A stretch of DNA of 64,000 bases from the human T2T-CHM13v2.0 reference genome, Homo sapiens, in assembly GCF_009914755.1 (NCBI RefSeq), contig NC_060931.1; one strand, 5' to 3'. Made by a program: the position numbers and the translations under genes. The stretch's first letter is position 1. Each line of letters starts with the position of its first letter. This document shows positions 32,945 through 47,992 of this stretch, one piece after another. The notes under the pieces were generated by a model that did no database searches, had not been told where the DNA came from, and was given only the letters and a program-made list of their open reading frames with translations.

Positions 32945-34934
32945 AACATACTTAGTAATAAATGCAAAAAAAAGTGCCTCGACATTCAAAATTGTAAACA
33001 TTACTGACATTAAAGAAAACATAAATACATAGAGAGACATAAGATTATTATTGATCAAGAGACTCAGTATTAAGATGTTCATTCTTACTATATTTATAGA
33101 TTCAATGCAATCCTTTTCAAAATTCCAGCAGGCTGTTTTCAAGAAATACATAATACACAAGATCATTCTAAAATTCTTATGAAAAGTTAGAGCATTTGAA
33201 ACAGTTAAATCGATTTTGGAGAAAAAACATTGGGAGACTTGAACTATATGACTTTAATGCTTACAGTAAAACTAGAGATAGGGTGCGGTATTCATGTAAT
33301 GTCAGAAAAATAAATGATGGAAGAGGCTAGAGTCCAGAAACAGACCCAAGGATTTATAGCTGAGGTTTGACAAAACTGGCAAACTCACTGGATGAGGGAA
33401 AGAAACGTATTTAACACATTTTGCTGGAACCACTGAATGTCTACATAAAAAAAAAGTTAATCGAGACCACTATCTCAATTAACATGCCCAGAAAGAACAA
33501 TTGAGATAGATCATAGACCTAAATTTAAAAATCAGAACCATAAAGCTTCTCAAAGAAAATTCACAACCTCAAAGCTGACAAAGATTTCTTGGACAGGCTA
33601 AGATAAGCATAAACCATAACATTTAAAAAGAGATAACTAGACATTATCAAAACTTAACATTTTGGCTCATCAAAAGTCTCTGTCGAGAAATTAATAAACA
33701 AGCTACTATCTGGGAAAAATATTCACAGCATATACATCTAAATAAAAGACTTATATACTATATAATTATAATACTATATCTAATATTTCATATATAGTAC
33801 ACACATACACATATGGCAATAAAACTCCAAGCAATTCAACATAAAAATCAGAAAGATACATATGAATCATCAATAATCACATGAAAAAATGCATAATCTC
33901 ATTATCTATCAAAGAAATTCAAATTAATACCACAGCAAGACATCATTTTTACCTACTATGATGGCTAAGATAAATATGACTGAAAAGATGAAATGTTACC
34001 AAGGATGTCAAGCAACTGGAACTCTCCAGAATTTCTAATAGGGTTATGAAATGGAATAACTCTGACAGTTTTTCAAAAAGTTATCTATATGCTTGCAAAG
34101 AAATCCAGCCCCTAGGTACTTACCAAGCACAAATAAAAACATATATTTACACAAAGACTTGTACTCAAATATTTATAGTAGATTTATTCATAATAGGCAA
34201 AATTTTAAATAACCCAAATGCCCAACAGCAAATGAATGAATAAGCAAATAGTAGTATATCCACTTAAATGAAATAATCTCAGCAATAAAAAATGAAACTA
34301 CGAATACATTCTGCAACATGAATAAATATAAAAATTATAATGTTCAGCTAAGTGATCCAGACACAAAACACTACACAGTGTGTTTAAATCCATTCATATA
34401 AAATCTACTTAAGGAAAAGCTAATATATGTTGAAAAAATCAGATAATTTAGAACTGGAGAGTTGAGTGGGAAGAAATAGTGACAGAAAAAAAATTCAAGA
34501 ATAAATTTTCTAGGGTAATGGAAACATTCTATGGCTTTTTGGGTGGTGGCTAAATAGGTATACATAATTGTTCAAAACTTATCAAACTAAACATTTATGC
34601 CCTGTTCATTTTCTTACATATTACTCACATCTCAGCTAAAATATCAGAATATGTTTTATGGAGGTAGAAAAATTCACTTATTTATTCATAGGTATGATGG
34701 AAAATATTCAGACTCTAGTAAAGTGGGTACACATTTATCATGAAATAGACTGAAAGAGAACTGCTGTGTTTATTTGGTTTGAGAAGTAAAGGAACAATAA
34801 TCCTCTGCTTTGGCAATGTCAGCATAAGTGCTGTGCAATAAGACAGTTGCCAAGGCTAAAGCTCTCTCCTTATAGTTCTAAATGGTGTTCTATTGTACAC
34901 TGCAGATTTAGATAGAGACAAGTGGCTAAATGAT

Positions 34935-35460
34935 TATATTGGTTATCTATTGTTGCATTACAAATTACTCCAAAATTTAGTGGCTTAAAATGACACCCAT
35001 TTGTTATTCCATAATTTCAGTGGGTCTGGAATCTAGGCAAGGTTTAGCCAGGTTCTCTACTTCAGGGTTGCTCACATGCCAAAATCAAGTGGTCAGCAGT
35101 CTGTGGTCTCATTTGAAGGCTCAACTAGGGAAGGATTTTCTTCTAAACTTACTCATATGGTTTTCAACAGGATTCACTTCTTCAAGGGCTGTTGGCTGAA
35201 AGCCACCCTCAGTTCCTTGCTGTAAAGAAGACAGAGAGAATAAGTGCCAACATGAGGGGGAGAGAAATAGATAGATAGAGAGAGCAAGAGAGTGCAAGAG
35301 AGCAGAAGCATACAAGATGAAACTTTCAGGCTTTTGTAACCTAATCCTAGAAGAAATATTTCATGATTTTGCCTTATTGTACCCATTAGAAGCAAGTCAC
35401 TGGGTTCAGCTACACAGGAGGTGAGGATCATTAAAGATTGTTTTAGAATGCTACCTGCCA
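34935..35460 (-). mobile_element. MLT1-family MaLR LTR
   Basis: tattggttatctattgttgcattacaaattactccaaaatttagtggcttaaaa... motif. Confidence 0.7.
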
Positions 35461-35829
35461 AGATACTTAATAATGTGTCTAGGTAAGGAGATACTAAGCA
35501 TAATATACTATTTTAAGGAAAATTATATTTTCTGGACTTCAGTATGCATGAGTTCTTTTACCTTAGTGTTGAGAAATTTGCATGATGCTATAGAGAAAAT
35601 ATAGCAATATTTAAATATCTTCATATTATATAGTTGTTAAGATATATATATATATATATATATCAGATAGTTGTATAATATAAACATTGACTGATAGGGG
35701 AACAAAATCTTTCAGAGTCATAAATTATTAAACTTCCACTACAATTTGTAAAATTAAGTACTAAAGGGAATATGATCTACATAAAGTAATTTAACTTGAT
35801 TTTGTTTTTACTTAAGAAGGCGTGCAGTG

Positions 35830-36430
35830 CATTTTATTTATTTAATTTTTAATTTTTGTGGATACATAGTGGGGGTATATATTCATGGAGTACATGAAAT
35901 ATTCTGAAACAGGAATACAATGTGTAATAAGCACATCAGGATAAATGGGGTATTCATTACCTCAAGCATTTGTCCTTTCTTTGAGTTATAAACAAATCCA
36001 ATTATACTCTTGTTTATAAATGTGCAATAAATTATTGTTGACTGTAGTCACCTTACTGTGCAATCAAATATTAGATCTTATTCATTTTATCTTTGTTTTC
36101 ATATCCATTAACCATGCTCTATCCCTTCACACCATCACTACCCTTCCCAGCCTCTGGTAACCATCCTTCTACTCTCTATCTTCATGAGTTCAATAGTTTT
36201 AATTTTTAGCTCCCACAAATAAGTGAATACATATGAAGCTTGCGTTTCTGTGCCTGACTTATTTCACTTAACATAATGCCCCCAGTTCCATCCATGTTGT
36301 TGCAAGTGACTGAATCTCATGTTCCTTATGGCTCAATAGTAGTCCATTTTGTATATGTACTATATTATTTTTTATCCATTTGTCTGTTGATGGACATTTA
36401 GATTGCTTTTAAATCTTGGCTATTGCAAAT
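35830..36430 (-). mobile_element. L1MA-type 3' end fragment
   Basis: Clearly homologous to 3000-3600 (cctcaagcattt..., caatccaattatactct, ggtaaccatccttct). Confidence 0.88.
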
Positions 36431-37291
36431 TAACTAGATTTTTTGAGTTGACTGTATCATTTTCAGAAATATAAATTTGTGTATTGTGTATTTTAATAGT
36501 TTGTGTAGATATAACTTGATTGTATGAAAAATTAATTACTTATTAGCTTGATAAGTCAATGAAAGAGCTCATCTCAAATCACCAAAAAGAATTATTTAAC
36601 TTAAAGTAGATTTTTAAAAAGTATTGATTTTTAAAGAATTTATTAATTGCAATACTATTATGCACTTAAAATATGTAGGATAACAAAATAATTTGAAAAT
36701 CTTTCTAATATTAAAAAAGTAGATCTTTTATACAATATTTGGAAATTTCCATTTGTCTTCTATTGGAATAGAAAACTACATGTTCATAGATAGGTAAACG
36801 TTTTTATTAATATATTAACTATATTAGTTAAGCTTTCATGTTATCCATAATCCTGAAAGCAAGATTCTTTTAAGTAGAGGTTATCAGTTTTTGGAAGAAT
36901 TTTAAGAAATCAAAGAATGACGTTATGTTCACCAGAGACAAAAAGATGAATGTTGTTCATTTTGTCTCATTTAAATATGTGCTATTTTTCATATATCTGT
37001 TGCTTTGGGTCAAATGCCACTAAGGAAATATCTGAAACTGCTGATTGTTTTGCTATAATATTTCCGTTTACTCTTGGATTAAGGTTTAGGATTCTCTGAT
37101 TAATCAAAAGTCTTCTCTTTCTCTGTTGCCCCATTGTCTATACTGAGTGGGGAGAGGGACTGGGAGAGGGATGTGGCTCCTTGATATAAAAATCATTGAG
37201 TCTTGGAAAGCGTGACTTTAGCAAAGCTGAAGAAAGAAAGTGATTTATATTCCTTATGCTAAACTAAAAATCAGAATCACAATTTGAGTTA

Positions 37292-37547
<256 letters not shown>

Positions 37548-38807
37548 TTACACTTAATTTTTTAAATGCCTTTACAAAAGTGATACTAAGAAAATTTCAG
37601 ACCCTCTTCAAGGACTAATTTATCAGAAGGAAAAAATCTGGGTGGCCGTAAGAAGCTGCTTCTGTCTGGTGTTGAAAGCATCAGCTCCTTTGTATGAAAG
37701 AGACTTAGTGTCTGTAACATTGAGCAATCACAGACAATGTCCGTCAGTCAGTATCTAAGAGAAGAGTACTGTAGGTCTGAGTGCATACCAAATGAGATAT
37801 TCTAGAGTCATTCCAACAATTGTAAATTGAATGGTTTCATTTTGTAATGGTTAGTTTCAACCTTACCTTTTTATAATCTTTGGCATTTATGTTTATGTTT
37901 TACATGGCTTATATATTTCTTTTGACATAGTTTAATAATTATATCTTTATAAGCACCATTCTCTTTCTTTTGTTTAAAAAATTATCTCTTACTCATTAGT
38001 GGGCTTTCAAAATACCAGCTTCTTGGTTACTGAGAGACCCAGAAGAGATTTGTCTGCTCTTCAGAAACTAAAAGATAAAAAAGAATATAGGATAAAAAGA
38101 GATGGACCAAGGGCCTCTAGCCGAGGTCACACTTTAACAACACTATGGAACCTATGAAGTGAAGCAACACTATTCTAATATTGGTGGTGCAGTTTATAAT
38201 GTTAATGCAAGTGAGCCTTCTAAGAATACTGTTTTTTTTTTTTTTCTATCATGTGAATTTTTGCCAGCAACATGCAGCCAAAGGTATCTTGGACATACTT
38301 CAAATGGGTTTTTGTCTGATCACTTAAAGGGAAATTGCATGAACGGTCTCATTGTTAGGGAGTAAAGCCCTATAATAGAATACTGAGATGAACTAAAAAC
38401 TTCTGGAATGTATAAATGCCCTATTTTGATACGCGTTTTAAGAAATACAACAGAGCAGCCATGAGATTTGTTCTCTGAATGTCTTGCTTCTGTCTTCTGT
38501 ATCTTTGCACATGCTGCATTATTTTCCCGTCCTTTCCTTCTTTCCATGATTAACTCCTACTCAACCAGGGTGTCTTCTCCAAACCCATTTTACTTCTCAA
38601 ATTCCTTTCTCTTCAGGTTGGGTTTCGTTCTGCCTCTTCCTTCCTTCCGCAGAACCTAACTCCTACCTCATAGTGTGAATCTTCCATGAAGATCTTTTTT
38701 AAGATGAAAATCTTATTTTAATCTTCTCTTTATATCTTAATCTTCTCTTTACTTGGTCCTTTCCCCTACTCTACTTTTAAGTTCTGTTAGAGCAGGGACT
38801 TTGTCTC

Positions 38808-39184
<377 letters not shown>

Positions 39185-39786
39185 TAAACGCTATTTGTGC
39201 TTATATATTTGCATGTGTGATTACTTGATTAATGTCTATCTGCCTCATGACTAAACTTTATAGAGCCAGAACACATCAGCTTTCTTTCCCATTTTATTCC
39301 AGTGTTTGCAAAGCAATGAATCTCTGTTGTTGAACAAATGTATTGCTAGGACCTAACAGGAAGTCTGGTGTACAGCAAGCACTCAATATATATCTGATGA
39401 ATAATTAGATGCGAATTTCAGTTAAAGTCCAAGCTTTTTAACTTATAGAGTGGAGATGACAATACATTTAATACCAGTTACACAGAGTTATCCCAATGAT
39501 AAAATTGAGTGATGTGTGGTTAAAAAAAAGTGTACATTTTAAGGGACTCTGTATATGGGAGTGATTATAATGAATGCTAAGAGATGGACTGGAGCTGCAG
39601 AGGTATTGGGACAGACATATGTCATCCTCAAAAAAAGGTTTTTTTGATGAAAGAACTGAGTTCCTTCAGGAATTCAAGAGTAAGATTGCGTTTCTTCTTG
39701 ATAGGGAGAGAACAGCAAAATTTGAATACTTAACGTTAGCACACTGAGCCTAAATCGTCTCAATTTCACTGTTCCTAAAGACAAGT

Positions 39787-40248
39787 TGTATTGGTTTCCT
39801 GTGGCCACTGTACCAAATTACCCCCAAAATTTGTAGTTTAAAAGAACAAAATATTATTCTCCCAATCATAGAGACCAGAAGTCTGAAATTGAGGTGTTGA
39901 AAGGCCATCCTCCATCTGGAGGCCCTAGGGGAGAATCCACTCCATGACTCTTCTGATTTCTGATGGTGGGACAGCTTCTTCTGCTTGTGGCCATTTAACT
40001 CTAACCTCTGTGTCCATCTTTATGTCACCTTCTCCTCTATGTCTGTCTTCTCCTCTGTGTGTTGCTTATAAGGATAGTTGCCATTGAAATTAGGGCCTAC
40101 CTGGATAATCCAGGAGTATCTCTTCATCTCACAATATTTACCTTAATTACATCTGCAAAGACTCTTTACCCAAACAGGTAACATTCACGGGTTCTGAGTA
40201 TTAGGACATGGACATATCTTTTAATGAGCCACCATTCAGCTCACTACA
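39787..40248 (-). mobile_element. MLT1C-like MaLR solo LTR
   Basis: tgtattggtttcctgtggcc ... cttaattacatctgcaaagac ... cattcagctcactaca. Confidence 0.85.
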
Positions 40249-40258
40249 ACAGTCTATA

Positions 40259-40575
40259 CAGATTGAGTATCCCTTATTCAAAATGTTTGGGACCAAAAAG
40301 ATTTTGAATTTTGGATTTTTTCAGATATTGGAATATTTGCATATACATCATGGATATCTTGGGGCTGGGACCTGAGTCTTAATATGAAATTCATTTATGT
40401 TTTATAAAGACCTCATACATGTAGCCTGAAGAGAATTTTATATAATAATTTTAATAATATATGTGACCTGTCACATGAGCTCAGGTGTGAAATTTTCCAC
40501 TGTGGTGTCATGTCGGTTCTTTGGATTTTGGAGCATTTTGGATTTCAAATTTTTGGATTAGGGATGCTCAACCTG
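40259..40575. mobile_element. Tigger4/MER46-type MITE
   Basis: Terminal inverted repeats cagattgagtatccct / agggatgctcaacctg. Confidence 0.85.
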
Positions 40576-41735
40576 GGAGAGCTTAGGTAAAACAAACAAA
40601 CAAACAAACAAAAACCTCACCTTTGTATAGATTTGCTGTTTCAACCAAAATTTTCCAGTGCTGCTGATCTTAAACACAGCCAAACTAAGTAGTCCCTTCT
40701 ACCTAATTTTAGGTATTTTAGGGATATGTGTAAGGTACTCCTCCCCCAGTATATATCCCTACAACATCTTCATTTCTTCTGATAATTTTATTACATTGCC
40801 TGATAATCTATCAATACAAATTCATGTAACACTTTTATTATGATGATGATTATTTTTGGCAGTGATGGTGGTAGCAGTAGTAGTAAAAGTTGTCATAATG
40901 ATGGTCATAGTCATTATTTTGAAGCCCTAGAGCAGAGTTGAGTTAATCAGCACCTTGGTATATGGTACATTACCTTCACTGGTCTGTGCAAGGCCTCCCT
41001 TTTTATGCCTATGTTTGTCTGCATGTATTTATTTGTTCTCCCTAATTCCCAGTCTCAATTCTCTTCTTTGTCTCCTCATAGGTTAGCATTCTCAGATGTT
41101 TATGTACGTCCTTGTTTGTGTGTGTTCTTATAAAATGTGCTCTGTTTTCCCTGCACGTATTTTTAGTTATTAATTGGTTCTGAACAAAAATTACATTTTG
41201 CTTCTTACATGTTTCACTAAGTATCATTTTTAGATCTATTTTGTTTCTACATGTGTTTATCATCTGTTCCTTCTAATAGCTACACAATACCCCATGCTCT
41301 TCGTCTACATAATCAACTTTCTGATTTCCAAAGGATGGCTGCCTAGGTTGACTTCAGCTCCCTGCTATACAAATAGTGTGGCAAGAAATAACCTGTCTAT
41401 GTCTCCTTGTGGTCCTAAGTTCATTTTTGAGGGTCTGTGAAGATAGAGACGTAACTGTTGGGGGTAGAATTAAGAAGATCATGAGTTATTCATATACTTG
41501 TATTTAACATGTAAAATCAAATTTATTCCGTATAATGCTTGGCCCAGATTTGCACACTGTCTAAAGTTGAGAACCTATGGTAACAAGAAAAGAATATAGA
41601 GCTGCAAGTGCCGGGGTGACAGATGGGCTGTTCGAAGTAGGAGAGAGAAGAAGGATGGGAGGTGGAAGGATATTCAGGAAACCTTCACTTTTTCCCGGAG
41701 TTCATTATAGGTCCCATGCTTGGGTGAACAATATA

Positions 41736-42187
41736 CAGTCATGCATAGCTTAATTGATGGGGGTATGTCCTGAGACATGTGTCACTGGTTGATTTCATTG
41801 TTGTGTGAGCATCATAGAGTGTACTTCAACAAACCTAGATGATATAGCCTACTACACCCTTAGGTGGTATGGTATAGTCTACTGTTCCTGGGCTATAAAC
41901 CTGTACAACAGGCCAGGCATGGTGGCTCACGCCTGTAATCCCAGCACTTTGGGAGGCTGAGGCAGGTGGATCACGAGGTCAAGGGTTCAAGACCAGCCTG
42001 GCCAAGGTGGTGAAACCCCGTCTCTACTAAAAATACAAAAATTAGCTGGGCGTGGTGGCAGACATCTGTAATCTTAGCTACTTGGGAGACTGAGGCAGGG
42101 AGTTGCTTGAATCTGGGAGGCAGAGGTTGCAGTGAGCCGAGATCATGCCACTGCACTCCAACCTGGGGGACTGAGCAAGACTCCATC

Positions 42188-42218
<31 letters not shown>

Positions 42219-42443
42219 GAAAGAAACCTGTACAACATGCTACTCTACTGAGAACTGTGGGCTATTGTAACACAATGGTAAGTATCTGTATATCTAAACA
42301 AAAAAAAAAGGTAGAGTAAAAATATGGCGTAAAAGATAAAAAACGGTATGCCTGCATAAGGCAGCTCTGTTACAATCTTATGGGACCACTGTCATATATG
42401 CCATCCATTGTTGATTGAAACATTGTTATATTGCTCATGACTG
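41736..42443. mobile_element. Tigger3/MER7-type element interrupted by an Alu
   Basis: Inverted ends cagtcatg / catgactg with TA on both flanks; internal aaacctagatgatatagcctactacacc. Confidence 0.85.
41911..42223 (+). mobile_element. AluS element
   Basis: Full Alu; target-site duplication aaacctgtacaaca at 41897-41910 and 42224-42237. Confidence 0.96.
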
Positions 42444-45400
42444 TAGTTTTGTTGCAATCCTGCTTTTTAGATTTAGCATGTATTTCTTAATACAAAATTT
42501 GGAGAAATACGGGCACTGATTCAAATGTCACAGTTGATATTTTCTTTCTTTATCTGAGAATTTAAATGAGTTTAGGGGTTATAGTAACAAAAGAATCCTC
42601 ATCTTCTACACCATTTTAAACATTTTTGTCATGATCATCATGCTAACATTATTTTCAACTGCAGTTTCAGCAGATCAGTCATTATTTTCAGGAGCTCCTT
42701 GTATTTAAAATTTTCCACAATTTTCATTCTCCTGGTATATCTAGGTTCAGTTTCTAAGTATGAAGCAAATGTCTACTTATTGTCTACTGCATATGTTATG
42801 GCCATTTTCATTTCTGTCTTCAGTCATGTTGCTTTTATCTGACAAGTACCACTGTATGCCTTAACATCTCCCTCCCTTCCTTTAAAACACAAGAAGGAAA
42901 GTACAGTGACAGCAAGGAGAGACCCTGAAGGCCAGTGCCCCAGGCCAGAGAAGTCAGCCAACTGAAAGGGACACTAACTGAGACCTTGGAGAGGACTAAT
43001 TCAGCAACAAGAGATTTTATGCCTGGTTCTTTGGTTACCCATTCACAACAGAAAATCTTTGGAACTTCAAAATATAACAACAGGCATGACCTTACTTCGC
43101 CATCACTTAGAAATGATGGATTCATTTACGTGCATTATCCAGATAGCTGGAGCAAGAAGCCTGGATGACAAGAAATTTAGGCTCCTAAGACTGGCTCTGT
43201 AATTAATCCACGAACTGACCTTTGCCAAGTCATTTAACTTCTCTGGGGCTTTCACATTTCTTTGTCTTTGTAAGTGTTATTTCCATCTGGAATTCCCTAA
43301 CTTCTTTGACAGGCAAATTTACTCATCGACAATACTCAGTTTGGTATTATCGTCTTTCTGAAATGTACCCTGACTCTCCCCACCTACGCCTGAGCTGAGT
43401 TAGGTAAGTGCTACTTCCTTTTTGCTCCTGCAGTATGGTGTTTGTGACTGTTCTGCTGCTACATTGCTGCCTTCTTCTGCCTCTGGCCTTATAGACTATG
43501 AACTCCCAGAAGACTAAAACAGTATTTCTTCTATACTTGAAACTCTAGTGTCTGGCATGTGGTTTGACATGTAGTAAATGTTCAACATATGTTTGTTGAA
43601 CCTAGTAAGTAAACTTTATGTCTTTGTATTTTTCTATATGTTAAATGAAGGAGTTGGGTAAGACTGGTGATTTTTAAACTTTTAAAAAGCGGAAGAACCA
43701 GTTGTTTCAGTTAAAATTTAAGAGAAGGACTAATACATTATGGAGAAAAGGAAGAAAGTGCTCTACTCTAAGAGCAGGGTTCCAGAAACCTGTGCACCTG
43801 ACCTTCCCTGCACCTGATTGCACCTGACACAGTACTAGGAGGTGGAGGAATGCGATCCATACAGCTTGGCCTGGAATTGTGATTGCTAATTTCCCTTGCA
43901 GCTGTAAAATTGTCATTCTGTGGAATTTACTCTTTCAAGTAGCAACCTTTTTTTAAAGGAATTTTTGAACATGTTTGAAAGAGTTTTTCCTGGAATGTAA
44001 AAAGATTGACCCGACCCCCTAAAAACAGAATATAGCACTCACATAACTAACTGACTCTTTCCTTAATGACTCAGGCTCATTAGGAACATTGACTATTTCA
44101 CGAAGCTGAATTCACAAAGGCGTTGTTACAACATGTTTATTTTCCTGTATCTTCCTTGTCTGTCAGCTGTCATCTCTCCTGCTGTCAGTTTTTCTGACCT
44201 AATAGCTCCCTTAGCTAATCCCTTCTCCTCAATCTTCCTGCGCCCTAAGTTTTCTTCTTCTAAAACAATGTGAGCTGAAACAGTAGAAAATAAAGTTTGA
44301 TTAGAGGTGTGTATTCACAAAAGAACAAGTAGGATTTGAGAAGGATTATGTCTTTTGTGTTGGCAGTTTCTGAACATCATGAAGGTTATTTTAGGTATTT
44401 AGTATGTTGCTGTTATTTCCTGGTTTCTAGGTCATTGGGTTTGGGGATTGCCAAAGTGCTGCTTCTAACATAAATTAGGTAAATATATTTTCCAGAAAAA
44501 CTATCCTTGATATAATCTGGGAATGACTCCTTAAAGGATTCAAAGCATTTAAAAAGTTTTTTTTTCTAAACAAAGAAACAAAGTATTTGAATGTGAACCT
44601 TTAATGTATGTTTACTTATAAATCATACCCAAGTACTTTTGTAAGAATGTGCAATACACTGTATAAAAACATACTCAAAAGTAGAAATTAAAAATTATAA
44701 CATAAAAACATATATAAATGCTCACTCTGATATTTTCTGCCCACATTTCAGTAGATTGTCTTATGCATCCCTTGGAATGCCCTTACAATTACACACCCCA
44801 GTTGTAGACCTCTGGTTTAGATATCTGTGTATGGGGATTAATTTTGACTTTACTAGGCAAATAAGCCTCTGCCCAAGTGAAAACTAATTTAGCTGCTTTT
44901 CAAGACATCAAATCAAATTTCTTTATCTCCAGAGCCTAATATGTGGCCTAGCATATAGTAGATGCACAATAAATGTTTGATGAATGTTTAATGAATGAAT
45001 GATGAAGATTAAGTAGTCCATAAGGATGCTTTATAAACTCTTTTAATTAGTTCTTTATTTTATTTGCTTAGCTCATGTCAGACCTCTTTCACAATGTGTT
45101 CACATATTATTATATCATCATTAGTGTACACATCACTAGGCAGGAATGGTTGTAAGGCACACAAGAATTTCAAAGGCAAGGGGCTTTGATCCGGGGCTAG
45201 GACATTGAGTTCCACCGGCAGGCTGATACCCCTAAAGAATTTCCACCTACGCAGATTAAGATAGCTTAAGACATGGCAAAATCTAGCTTAATAAAGACAA
45301 CCCAGGGGGATCTGGGGTAGCAAGTGGGACACTGACAGTAGTAGTACTTAAACAGTAGTGGTTCTCCAAGCCAAGCTGATAATGGTATTATGTCACTGGG

Positions 45401-45913
45401 AAGGATGTGGAGAAAAGGAGAGAGGCCAGTAAGGATACACGTGGATTGAGTTCCAAGGCACAGCTGCGTCTCAGGGCTTCTGCTTTTACTCTGCACACTT
45501 GCCTTGGACATTCTTATAACCTGCTAGTCAGCAAAGTACCATGTATATGCTTATAATCCAGTCCCATGTCCAGCAGCCTATGCAGGACAGTTCCAATTAG
45601 CTGTCTCACACATGCTGCATCATTTGCATGATTAGCTCAGCAGCTTTCCCCAAAACTGGCCTCTCCTGAATGTTTTCATCTCTGTAGGTCATACCACCAC
45701 CATCAACCTGGATGCAGAAAGCTGGTAGTTGCTCTCGATTCCTCTAGCTTCCTCATCCTTTATCCCTATCTACTTGGCTCCATTCCTTCTGCCAGCCATC
45801 AGCCCTGGCCTCCAAATTGGACTCCCTAGATCCACTCTCAGTCCTCCAAACAATTTTACGCATAATACCAGAGTGGCTTTTATAAACAGTAATTTAGAAA
45901 ATATGTCTCCCCC

Positions 45914-46015
45914 TGCTATAGTCTGAATGTTTGTAGTCCCCCAACATTCATATGTTGAATCTTAATCACCAAGGTGATGGTATTAAAAGGTGGAGCCTTG
46001 GGAAACACTTGTATG

Positions 46016-46058
<43 letters not shown>

Positions 46059-46461
46059 GAGACAGGGTCTTGCTCTGTTGCCGAAGCTGGAGTGCAGTGG
46101 CCCACATAGCTCACAGTAACCTCCAACTCTTGGGATTAAGTGATCCTCCCGCTTCAGCCTCTAGAGTGGCTGGCTACAGGAGTATGCCACTATGCCCTGC
46201 TAATTTTTTAAAAACAATTTTGTAGAGATGGGGTCTTTCTATGTTGCCCAGGCTGGTCCTAGAGTGCTGGCCTCAAAAGATCTCCCTGCCTCAGTGTGAG
46301 CCACCACACCTGGCCTCTTGTGTCTTTTTGTAAGGACATTAATTCCATTCATGAGGGCTCCACTCTTATGACCTAACTACCTCCCAAAGGCCCCACTTAC
46401 TAACACCATGACATTAGGGGCTAAGATTTTAGCATATGAATTTTGGGGAAACACAAACTTT
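45914..46461. mobile_element. Two oppositely oriented MLT1A/MSTD-like LTR 5' fragments around an Alu
   Basis: tgctatagtctgaatgtttgt...(+) at 45914-46003 and its diverged reverse-complement counterpart at 46316-46461. Confidence 0.65.
46018..46315 (-). mobile_element. AluJ-like element
   Basis: Poly-T of about 39 nt, gacagggtcttgctctgttgcc...; approximate duplication cttgt(a)tgtcttttt. Confidence 0.9.
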
Positions 46462-47670
46462 CAGTTCGTGACACTGAGTGAAAGAATGAGAGATGAACGT
46501 ACTGGAGTGCTTGTCAGTAAACAAATGAAGCAATCAGAACAAGCAAGTGCAGCCAGGGATGTGGGAAATGGGAGGCGTGATGGACACTCAGGAGCCCACA
46601 CTTAACTTCTGGCATATCAGACACCAGGTTAATGGCATTAAGACCACTTCTAGGTCCTCCAGAAGGAAGACCTGAGTTACCTAGGGATGCAGGATAGCCT
46701 GGAAGAGAGACAGACCTGAGTTCTAATCCTGAAGGTACAATCCTGGCAATTTACTTATAGGGCCGATGGAAGAATTCATTGAGATCATTTGCGTCAGGTG
46801 CATGGCATGACAAACTGGTATTTTGATATGACCCTTTTGATACAGTCATTATGCCATGCTCAGCTTTACCCATCAAGATGCTTCCGTGTATAATAGTAAT
46901 AATAGTTGATACTTTTGAACACCTTTTCCCTTGAGAGTCTTCCAAATTTTATAGGAAAACTACCTTACTTAGTGCTCAAAAAGAAACTCTATGAAGAATT
47001 TCATTCTCATATTATGAGGCAACCAAGGTATAGAGTGGGTGACTAACTGTCCAAAGTCACACAGCTGAATGAGGTACAGTATTTGACAACCTTGGTGATG
47101 CTACCCTACAGCTTCTCATTTGCTCCTAATGTTATTTTAATTTTATGTCTTCTCCATTAAAGATTTTAAAATTTAATTTAAGGAATATCTATGGAATCAC
47201 CCACCACGTGTGCAATATTAAGGACTGTGTGAAATTAAATGAACAAATACTTATCATTGATTATGACTTTCTAGAAGAAAGCTGTAACTTCTTTATATTA
47301 TTGGACTTTAACATCTTTGTGAGAGAATTTTAAAAATAGGGCAAGGAATGATACAGGGATAAAACAGAATTTTCCAGAGCAGGTAAACAACTCCTTTGAG
47401 TGCAGATGATGCTGCAGTGAACTCTGAGACGTCCTAAATGTTTGTTCTCTAGTGGTGATGAAGTCATCTTCAGAACTGATCTGCTTCCATCAGACAAATT
47501 CCAAACAGTCCAGGCTCCTAGATAAGTTTTCAAGAGAGGTAATGCACTTGATTTCATACCATTTCTGAAATCTCCAAGTGAAAAAAAAATGTTAGTTATG
47601 TGTAATGGGGCAAAATGTCATTTGTCTTTTTGGGGAGAATGGTCTGAATGACTGTCATCAGCAACTTTGA

Positions 47671-47992
<322 letters not shown>

